Shown in pieces: positions 1 to 7,629 of a DNA stretch of 64,000 bases; position 1 is the first letter of the stretch; every line of letters begins with the position of its first letter. A program made the position numbers and the translations under genes. Source of the stretch: Candidatus Latescibacterota bacterium (GTDB lineage: Bacteria; Latescibacterota; UBA2968; UBA8231). Under the pieces are notes generated by a model that saw only the letters and a list, made by a program, of their open reading frames with translations, was not told where the DNA came from and ran no database searches. The stretch covers positions 3,104,001-3,168,000 of the forward strand of contig OZ241867.1 of the NCBI GenBank assembly GCA_965203175.1, written 5' to 3'.

Positions 1-2699
1 ATGCGGCCGATGCGGGTTGTGTCCGCGATTTGTTCCCACTCCACCACGGCTTCGTCGTAGCGCTCTAACTGGAAATACGCTTGGCCCAAGGCACCGCGAA
101 TCTCGGCGGCGTCTGGTGCGTAGGCCGCTGCTTTATGCAAATAGTCGAGGGCACCCTGGGGGTCATTGCGGCGCAAGCAGAGGAGGCCAAGGCCGTACAG
201 ACCAAGCGCACTTTGCGGTGCTCGGTCTACCATCTCTTGGTAGTGCATCGCAGCCCAATCTAGCCTTCCTTGCGCCATGTACGCCAAACCCAGATCTAAA
301 AGGGCCTTTTCGTTTTGCGGCTCGCGGTCAATCTGGGCCTGCAGGGATTCGACGCGTTGTTCGAGCCGGCGATACCGTTCAAACCGTTTGTTCGCTTCCT
401 CAGCCGCTTTTTCATTGCCTTGCCTTGTGTAAAGTTGTGCCAATGCCAACAGCGGCCCGGGTTCCCAGGGTGCCCACCTTGTGGCGTTGCTAAAAGCATT
501 TGCAGCTTCGGTCAAATGATTGCTTTGCTCATAGGCCCGACCTAGCCAGAAGTACGCCTCCCAATCCTGTATCCGCAAGCTGGCGACCCGCTCAAAGGCC
601 CGGGCAGCTAAAACGGGCCGATCCAAGTCCAGATAGACTTTGCCGAGCACGAGAAAACTTTCCGCGGATGATGAATCGCGGCGAGCCGCCTCTTCCACAT
701 ATAGAAGCGCCTCATCGGCTACACCCATGCCGGCATAGAACAATGTGCCCATGCCTAGGTTGGCCAGCTTATGGGTCGGATCCAAGGCCAAGGCCCGATA
801 GAAGGCGGCGTGGGCTTCACCGTATTGTCCGGCTTGGTAGTATTGGTTGCCGAGGGCTGCAAAATCCGCGGCGCTCCAGTTCGCCGTCTGTGACAAAGCG
901 ATAAGAGATTCGCTCTGGGGTGGGGGAATAGCTGGTCCTTGCTCAAAGTCATCGCGCCCCTCGTGTACTTTGAGGTAGCGCCGCACCGGCGGTGCAGCAA
1001 TTGTTTGACGGGAGCCTGATGGCCAGTGTATTTCAATTCGCTCTACGGTTTTGTTCGAACCTAGGCCTATCAACGTGCGAGGATCGTGTTGGCCTTGAAA
1101 ACCATAACCGCGAAATACTTCTCTCATTTGCACCTGATCGGCGGTAAAAATCCAGATTCTAGCGCCGATGCCATCCCGGTTGCTGACGTGACCCACCAGT
1201 TCAATACCCAGCCAGTCATTGAAGTTTCCCCCCTCGTTGCGCAGCAGGGTTGGTGCTGCGTTGTGATTTACCACGGCCAGATCGAGATCTCCATCGTTGT
1301 CGTAGTCGCCTTGGGCCGCCGCGCGACTGGCCGCTTCGAGCTGCCAGGCCGCTCCGGCCCGGCGGCCCACTTCTATAAAGTGCCCATGTTGATTTTGATA
1401 GAGAAGGTTGCGCTGTCGGTAGGTCAATCCCGAAGCATGGACTCCCAACTGTGGATAGACGTGGCCGTTAATTACATATAGATCCAGCCAGCCATCGTTG
1501 TCGTAATCCCAAAAAGCGGTCGCCCAACCCAGATAGGGTCGGTCACTGGCACTCAAGCCGGTGGCGTGCGAAACATCCACAAGGCGCATAGAGTCAGTCG
1601 TCGGAGATTGGTTCTGGTACAGGGTATTGTAGTCTTCGGAGAAATTAGTCACAAACAAATCTAGGTCGCCATCGTTGTCGTAATCGCCGCTGTGGACCCC
1701 CATGCCGGCCTGGGGTCGCCCGCTCTCGCTATAGGCTGCCCCGGTCGATTGACCGATTTCGCTGAAGTACCAGTTGCCGTCGTTGCGCAAAATCATATTG
1801 GGCTCACTGTCGTTGGCAACGTAAATGTCTAGGTCGCCGTCGTTATCGAGGTCGCCAAACGCAACTCCTAAACCAGCATAGCTCCACTGGTCTAGGCCGC
1901 TGCTTGCACTCATATCGGCAAAGGTGCCGTCGCCGTTGTTGCGGTAGAGCACATCGGCTTGGGCTGGAACTCCCTGTGGTCCGCACGGTACGGCCAGCCC
2001 TTTGTATTGGCAGGGTTGGCCGTCTTGGGGGGGATGGTGCAAATCTATGTGGAGGTAGTTGGCCACGTAGAGGTCTAGCCAGCCGTCGCTATCCAAATCG
2101 GCAAAAGCCGCACTGGTGCCCCAACCGGGATGATCCACTCCGGCCTGGGCGGCGGTTTCGTCAAAGGTGCTGTTGCCGTTATTGCGGTACAACAGATTGG
2201 GACCCCAATAGGTCACCAATAGGTCGGTATCGCCATCGTTGTCGGTATCGCCAGTAGCGCACCCCATGCCCCAACCCTTGGATAGCAGGCCGCTTTGATG
2301 GGTCACTTCGCGGAAGTGCCTCTGGGCGTTGGGGCCGGGTTCGTTGTGGAAGAGGCGGTTAGTTGCTTGTGGAGGATCCGCGTCTAGCAAGGTGCCGTTG
2401 ACGAAGAAGAGGTCCAGCCACCCATCGTCATCGTAGTCGAGGAAAGCCACGCCAGTGCCCGTAGTTTCCACCAAGAGTTGCGGGTTGTCCTGCCCGGAGA
2501 GATTGGCGAAATCTAGGCCGACTTGGGCTGCCACATCGGTGAATAACACAGGATGACTCTCCTCAGCCATACTCGTTGAGGACAGGTGAGCGGGGGATTG
2601 GACCGAGGCCGACCGAGGCTGTTCCGAAGGGGCCTGTGGGGTGCATCCAACCGCCGGGATTGCGATGAACAGAGCGCGGCCAAGCAGTGTCCTAGACAC
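1..2699 (-). CDS. Lipoprotein with FG-GAP repeats (CRTAC1-like), ASPIC/UnbV domain and C-terminal TPRs; runs off the left edge
   Basis: Absent from the ORF track because no stop falls inside the window. Manual translation from GTG 2699 gives MSRTLLGRALFIAIPAVGC (lipobox), FTDVAAQVGL, GVAFLDYDDDGWLDLFFVNG, IEIHWPSG (UnbV), then TPR-like helices (AFYRALALDP, AYFWLGRAYE); both ends are in the same frame. Confidence 0.85.
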   Translation of the reverse strand, partial: MSRTLLGRALFIAIPAVGCTPQAPSEQPRSASVQSPAHLSSTSMAEESHPVLFTDVAAQVGLDFANLSGQDNPQLLVETTGTGVAFLDYDDDGWLDLFFVNGTLLDADPPQATNRLFHNEPGPNAQRHFREVTHQSGLLSKGWGMGCATGDTDNDGDTDLLVTYWGPNLLYRNNGNSTFDETAAQAGVDHPGWGTSAAFADLDSDGWLDLYVANYLHIDLHHPPQDGQPCQYKGLAVPCGPQGVPAQADVLYRNNGDGTFADMSASSGLDQWSYAGLGVAFGDLDNDGDLDIYVANDSEPNMILRNDGNWYFSEIGQSTGAAYSESGRPQAGMGVHSGDYDNDGDLDLFVTNFSEDYNTLYQNQSPTTDSMRLVDVSHATGLSASDRPYLGWATAFWDYDNDGWLDLYVINGHVYPQLGVHASGLTYRQRNLLYQNQHGHFIEVGRRAGAAWQLEAASRAAAQGDYDNDGDLDLAVVNHNAAPTLLRNEGGNFNDWLGIELVGHVSNRDGIGARIWIFTADQVQMREVFRGYGFQGQHDPRTLIGLGSNKTVERIEIHWPSGSRQTIAAPPVRRYLKVHEGRDDFEQGPAIPPPQSESLIALSQTANWSAADFAALGNQYYQAGQYGEAHAAFYRALALDPTHKLANLGMGTLFYAGMGVADEALLYVEEAARRDSSSAESFLVLGKVYLDLDRPVLAARAFERVASLRIQDWEAYFWLGRAYEQSNHLTEAANAFSNATRWAPWEPGPLLALAQLYTRQGNEKAAEEANKRFERYRRLEQRVESLQAQIDREPQNEKALLDLGLAYMAQGRLDWAAMHYQEMVDRAPQSALGLYGLGLLCLRRNDPQGALDYLHKAAAYAPDAAEIRGALGQAYFQLERYDEAVVEWEQIADTTRIGR

Positions 2700-2885
2700 A
2701 TTGCCACCTATGGATTCAAATTGTCGAAACTGACTGCCCTAAAGGATCGCTAACGAATTAACCAATGAACTGGGCTTGATCGAGGTCCGGAAAGGGCGTT
2801 GGAATGGGCGATTGATTATCTTACCATAGTTCTAAAAACCGCGCCCGGCAATCACTTAATCCCTAGAAAGTCAGGAGGTGTAAGT

Positions 2886-3122
2886 ATGGACAACCGAATT
2901 ACCGTTGATCCTAAAATATGTCACGGCCAAGCATGTATTAAGGGGACGCGCATTCCCGTGCATCAAATCCTCCGGATGCTTGCCAACGGGGATACTATTG
3001 AAGCGCTCCTGCGAGAATATCCTTCTGTGCAATTGGAAGATGTTCTCGCTTGCTTCGACTATGCGGCGTCACTGGCTGAAGAACAGGTGACACCTCTTGA
3101 ACTTCTCTCGGGCGACGCATGA
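2886..3122 (+). CDS. DUF433 antitoxin-like protein
   Basis: RITVDPKICHGQACIKGTRIPV...LLREYPSV signature; AGGAGG RBS before ATG 2886. Confidence 0.9.
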   Translation: MDNRITVDPKICHGQACIKGTRIPVHQILRMLANGDTIEALLREYPSVQLEDVLACFDYAASLAEEQVTPLELLSGDA

Positions 3123-3475
3123 AGATATTTGTCGATGAGCATATCCCCCTTATGACTGTCCAAGCCCTGCGCATGATGGGGCATGACGTCCGTGATATTC
3201 GCGGCACCCCAGATGAAGGGATGCAAGACGACGCGTTGTGGGAAATGGCGCAGCGGGAAGGACAGTTGTTGATTACGACTGACAAGGGGTTCATGCACTA
3301 CCGGACGATGGCACATCATGGAGTGATTATCATACGGCTACGACGACCGAATCGACGCAGGATACATCAACGCATTATGCAAGCACTGGGGCAATTTGAC
3401 GACGCCGAATGGCCTGGTTTACTAGTGGTCATGCGGGATATTGCACAGAGTACTTGGCGTGTACCGGCGAGCTGA
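3119..3475 (+). CDS. DUF5615 PIN-like toxin
   Basis: MKIFVDEHIP...GHDV...LLITTDKGF; ATGA overlap with the DUF433 gene. Confidence 0.88.
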   Translation: MKIFVDEHIPLMTVQALRMMGHDVRDIRGTPDEGMQDDALWEMAQREGQLLITTDKGFMHYRTMAHHGVIIIRLRRPNRRRIHQRIMQALGQFDDAEWPGLLVVMRDIAQSTWRVPAS

Positions 3476-3573
3476 TAACGGCGAACAAGGGTTTACAGGC
3501 GGACGCTTCTCCTGTAGGTCCAGACCGCTCTAGTCAATATAATACAAACGCATTTGCCTGTTACCTAATAGAG

Positions 3574-4929
3574 ATGGAACGCGACCTCGACAATCTGATT
3601 GAAAATCCCCGCGAGGATCTGAACTGTGAGTTGAAGGAATGGCTCGACCTTCAACGGAATGTCGTTCGGGCTAGCATCGCGCGTCACTTGGCGGCTTTGG
3701 CCAATCATGGAGGCGGCTATCTGATTTTCGGATTCAGCGACGATCTGGGACACGCACCGAATAGACCTGATTCTCTCGATAGCTATAGTCATGATGTGTT
3801 TGCAGGGATCGTGAAGCACTATTTGACGCCGACGTTTCAGTGCGGCGTCGAACTCGTTCCTCATAGGAACGGCCAAAAATTCCCGGTCGTTCGGGTGCCG
3901 GGCCACGGACGAGTACCGATCTGCGCGAAGGCGGGCGGGCCGCAGGACGACAAGGGACGGGAACAAGGTATCAAGAAGGGGAGCTATTACATTCGGAAAC
4001 CTGGACCAGAGAGCGCACCGGTCGAAGGCGCTGAAGACTGGGAGCCCCTGATCAGGCGATGCGTGATAAACGACCGGGACAGATTGCTCGGCGACATTAC
4101 TGCCTTGATACAGGCATCAGAAAAGCCGGTACCTGCCGCACAACAGAGACTGGCGGACTGGCATAGGAACGGAGAGAAACGCTTCCTACAGCTATTGTCA
4201 CAGGCCCAAGGAGTTGGTTGGCCGGTAGAGTTCAAAGATCACCGCTATCAGTTGAGTTACCTGATCTCTGCGGACGAGGACGAAAACCTTCCCACAGACT
4301 CACTATGCCAAATTCTGGAAGAGGTAAACAATGAGGTCAGGGACACGGTGTGGACTGGTTGGAGCATGTTCTATCCGTTGAGCGGGACAGAATTTGCACC
4401 GGCAATCCATGCCGAAAATCTCGACGGCACGGGCGATGATGTGCTTGAAGCCAATTTGATTTCGCAACCTGCGTTACCGGAGTTCTGGCGAATCGCGCTC
4501 GATGGAAGGGCGACCCTCGTTCGAGCATACAGAGAAGATCGCGGGAATAAGGTCAGTGCCTTGAACCAGAGGGCGGGAACATGGCTTTCCCCTGAAACGG
4601 TTGTGCGGGAGACAGCGGAGATCGTTACCCATGCGAGGTTGTTGGCGAGACGATTGGAAACCGCGACACGAGTCAGCTTCCGGTTTACTTGGCTCGGCCT
4701 CGAAGGACGAGAACTCCAGAATTTCGATCATAGAATCTATCTGTCTCCTGGATACATCGCACGGGCGAATGTACGCATAACTGAGGGAGAATGGGCCGTG
4801 CCAAAATTGGCAGCCGATTGGCCGAACGTCGTCGCGGAACTAGCCTGCCCGGTGCTTCACCTCTTTGGATTTGAGAGTTGCAGCCCGGAATCTGTAAAGG
4901 GTATGGCACCAAAATTCGTAAAACTGTGA
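3574..4929 (+). CDS. Schlafen/AlbA_2 domain protein with uncharacterised C-terminal domain
   Basis: EDLNCELKEWL...LAALANHGGGYLIFGFSD and YYIRKPGPES motifs. Confidence 0.8.
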   Translation: MERDLDNLIENPREDLNCELKEWLDLQRNVVRASIARHLAALANHGGGYLIFGFSDDLGHAPNRPDSLDSYSHDVFAGIVKHYLTPTFQCGVELVPHRNGQKFPVVRVPGHGRVPICAKAGGPQDDKGREQGIKKGSYYIRKPGPESAPVEGAEDWEPLIRRCVINDRDRLLGDITALIQASEKPVPAAQQRLADWHRNGEKRFLQLLSQAQGVGWPVEFKDHRYQLSYLISADEDENLPTDSLCQILEEVNNEVRDTVWTGWSMFYPLSGTEFAPAIHAENLDGTGDDVLEANLISQPALPEFWRIALDGRATLVRAYREDRGNKVSALNQRAGTWLSPETVVRETAEIVTHARLLARRLETATRVSFRFTWLGLEGRELQNFDHRIYLSPGYIARANVRITEGEWAVPKLAADWPNVVAELACPVLHLFGFESCSPESVKGMAPKFVKL

Positions 4930-5176
4930 CGAGTTGAGTAAATGGCAGCTTGGTACGAGGTCGGCCTGTGCATCTTCGTCGAAGCCCGTGCCAAGTGGAG
5001 AGCAGAATCCCACCCCATGATCGATTAGGCAAGCTCAGTGCATACACCGTCGCAGAACTGGAAGTCGTACGAAGAAATTTCTCGATACCAGAACCATAAA
5101 TCATCTAATCCACATAAACCGCAAACAGTCAGAAAGCGAGCTGCCTCAACGTCAGTAATGAGAGGACAAAACTCGA

Positions 5177-5713
5177 ATGAAAAAACAATTCTTAGCCCTA
5201 TTTTTAGCAAGTTCCTGCTTTGCGGGTGAGTGTGATTGGGATTATGTGCCAAAAATACAGGACAAGAATAGCGTCCAAAAAATGGCAGTCTCAAAAACAG
5301 ACAGTCTTCTGGCAAGAAAGCTCTGTAACAACTTATTAATACACACAATACCTGATACGCATGACGTTTACAAGCATTATAAGTTTTCGGGTGATTATGA
5401 TCTTCTTTTCTACAAGAGTTTTTTCAATAATGGAGTTGTCTCTTCACACCTTGCTTATGTTCCGCATAAAGGAAAGAAAATAAAAACATTGATTGAAGGT
5501 GCTGGGAATTGGAAGATTAGGAGAGGAAGACTTACCGTTTATAACCAGTTCGGAGCAGACTTAACTAACAATCGCTCTTTCTGGCCTAAAGATATATCTA
5601 CGCTTATTTTTATAGACGATAAGAGCGCCATTCTCGGACTTAAAAAAGGTGGGGAAAAGTATAAAGTTGTGAAAAATAGTTACTTTGACAAAAATGAAGT
5701 AAAAGAAAGATAA
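5177..5713 (+). CDS. Low-GC hypothetical exported protein
   Basis: 178-aa ORF, signal-peptide-like MKKQFLALFLASSCFA, visibly AT-rich relative to flanks. Confidence 0.65.
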   Translation: MKKQFLALFLASSCFAGECDWDYVPKIQDKNSVQKMAVSKTDSLLARKLCNNLLIHTIPDTHDVYKHYKFSGDYDLLFYKSFFNNGVVSSHLAYVPHKGKKIKTLIEGAGNWKIRRGRLTVYNQFGADLTNNRSFWPKDISTLIFIDDKSAILGLKKGGEKYKVVKNSYFDKNEVKER

Positions 5714-5815
5714 AAATGTTCAAAAACTACTCGGACGAACTTATATCCAGTAACCGACAAGGTACGCCCGTACGATTTTGAGATTTGCTGACTTCCTTAC
5801 CCTTTACAAGAAGAT

Positions 5816-5856
5816 GTTATTGAGCGCGGCAGCATGACCTACTACATTTATGCGGC
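5816..5856 (+). repeat. 41-bp diverged direct repeat, copy 1 (pairs with 6759-6799)
   Basis: gttattgagcgcggcagcatgacctactacatttatgcggc; 36/41 identical to copy 2 by manual comparison. Confidence 0.85.
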
Positions 5857-6014
5857 CCGCCCAATCGCTGCTCGCTGTTCCGCAGCGACAACCGCTCGGT
5901 TTGAAGACGCCGTGCCGCGATGATCGATTCTTGCAATCCGCGTATGATAGTGCCGACTTGGGCAGCAGCAGACAGTCCCGCAACGCTGGCTTTGGTCAGT
6001 ATCCTGCGAGCGAA

Positions 6015-6431
6015 CTAACGCTTAGGAAGCCACTCAATGGCGACGAGGGATTCGACCCGGCTAAATTCCTCGTCGCCGGTCACGAGGGGGACGCCCTTGG
6101 TCTGGGCCAGAGCAGCGGCGAAGGCATCGGCGTAGGAGAGCGGGAAACGGGCCTTGATATGGGCGGCAGACAAAGTATGGGCGCGGTCGGCTATGACCAT
6201 GTCCACCGGCAATTGCTCTACAGCCGCTAGGACATTGCGGCTGTGAGCCAAGCCCCGTTCGCGCTCGGTGATGTAGAGGACTTCCCCCAAGTTGACGATG
6301 GACATCCACAGGCGGCTTGGGCCTGTTTCTGCCTGGCTGAGCAGGGATTTAACCTGAAGGGCACCCACTTCATTCTCCAGATAGGCTAAGAGCGCGTAAC
6401 TGTCGAGCACGCGGTCTCCAGGGTCATTCAA
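6015..6431 (-). CDS. vapC: PIN-domain VapC-family toxin
   Basis: VLDSYALLAYL...NLGEV...LSYADAFAAALA...LVTGDEEF. Confidence 0.9.
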   Translation of the reverse strand: MNDPGDRVLDSYALLAYLENEVGALQVKSLLSQAETGPSRLWMSIVNLGEVLYITERERGLAHSRNVLAAVEQLPVDMVIADRAHTLSAAHIKARFPLSYADAFAAALAQTKGVPLVTGDEEFSRVESLVAIEWLPKR

Positions 6432-6657
6432 TACGACGGTCCTCGGCGCGCTGGGTGAGGAGGGCTTCCACTAGGGATGTTGGACCCGCGAGCATTCCTT
6501 GGGCTTCTTCGATGGGATCGCCGAGGGCGGGCACGAGGGCTAAGCCGCCGCCGTAATCGACAATACGCACTTGGTCGCCGGGCTGCAGGCGGTATTTCTT
6601 GCGCAGCGGTGCCGGAATGACAACCCAGCCTTTGGCCGATATGCGGGCCGATGCCAT
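6424..6657 (-). CDS. AbrB/MazE/SpoVT-family antitoxin
   Basis: ARISAKGWVVIPAPLRKKYRLQPGDQV; overlaps vapC start. Confidence 0.9.
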   Translation of the reverse strand: MASARISAKGWVVIPAPLRKKYRLQPGDQVRIVDYGGGLALVPALGDPIEEAQGMLAGPTSLVEALLTQRAEDRRIE

Positions 6658-6758
6658 ATTGCTCCGTTCTGTTGGGTTCAATCAGTCAATATCGAGACAT
6701 AAATGTTATACATTTGGAAAAAAAGTATAACAAATATTGGGTACAGTCAATGAGCGCA

Positions 6759-6799
6759 GTTGTTGAGCGCGGCAGCATGGCCCGCTACATTTATGCAGC
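6759..6799 (+). repeat. 41-bp diverged direct repeat, copy 2
   Basis: gttgttgagcgcggcagcatggcccgctacatttatgcagc. Confidence 0.85.
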
Positions 6800-6827
6800 T
6801 TTTGCTAGCGGACCAAATTGGAAAACT

Positions 6828-7541
6828 ATGAACCTATTGAGAAAATGCGCCGCTGAATTCATCGGCGCGTTTGCCATTGTCTTTGCCGGCTGCGGTGCCG
6901 TGGCCATCGACCAGATTTCCGGCGGGGCGGTTAGCCATGTGGGTGTTGCCGCCACTTTTGGGTTGGTCATCATGGTGATGATCTACGCTACCGGCCATAT
7001 TTCCGGGGCGCATTTCAACCCGGCGGTGACCCTTGCATTCGCGCTGACGCGACATTTCCCCAAAAGGGAGATTGCGCCCTATATCTTGGCTCAGTGCGCC
7101 GGAGCCGTGGTGGCCAGCTACATTCACGTGGCGAGTTTGTCGTCAGTACTGGCCGTCACGCAACCTGGACAGGTGCTGAACTTGGGGGTTACCCTGCCGG
7201 TGGACGGCCTGTTCACCACGGCCCTAGTGTGGGAATTCATGCTGACCTTTTTGCTGATGCTGGTCATTATGAGCATGGCGACCGATTTTCGCGCTGTGGG
7301 ACCGGCGGCCGGTCTGGCTATCGGTGGCACCGTGGGGCTGGAGGCCATGTTCGCCGGGCCGCTGTGCGGGGCCTCGATGAATCCAGCCCGCAGCTTGGGC
7401 CCGGCCCTGGTAGCCGGCGAATGGACGACTTTTGCTGGATACATCGTCGGCCCGGTGCTAGGAGCTGCGGCTGGCGCGCTGTTCTACGAATTCATTCGCT
7501 GCCAAGCGCCTTCCGACCAAGAAGTGAAGGGCTGTTGCTGA
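6828..7541 (+). CDS. MIP/aquaporin channel (NIP-like)
   Basis: AEFIG, SGAHFNPAVT and GASMNPARS motifs; ends in GCC. Confidence 0.92.
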   Translation: MNLLRKCAAEFIGAFAIVFAGCGAVAIDQISGGAVSHVGVAATFGLVIMVMIYATGHISGAHFNPAVTLAFALTRHFPKREIAPYILAQCAGAVVASYIHVASLSSVLAVTQPGQVLNLGVTLPVDGLFTTALVWEFMLTFLLMLVIMSMATDFRAVGPAAGLAIGGTVGLEAMFAGPLCGASMNPARSLGPALVAGEWTTFAGYIVGPVLGAAAGALFYEFIRCQAPSDQEVKGCC

Positions 7542-7572
7542 AGCCGATTGCGGTACTGGAACCACACAACAT

Positions 7573-7612
7573 AAAAAGCCCTGCACCCCTCGACGGAGTG
7601 CAGGGCTTTCTT
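7573..7612. terminator. Bidirectional intrinsic terminator
   Basis: aaaaagccctgcac-N-gtgcagggctttctt hairpin between convergent genes. Confidence 0.8.
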
Positions 7613-7629
7613 GCCTCGGGTCGCTAGCG

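Noticed and set aside
5038-5160. Possible restriction-nuclease start (NWKSYEEI) and attC right half before the orphan gene
   Set aside because: Similarity too short and no complementary arms could be paired.
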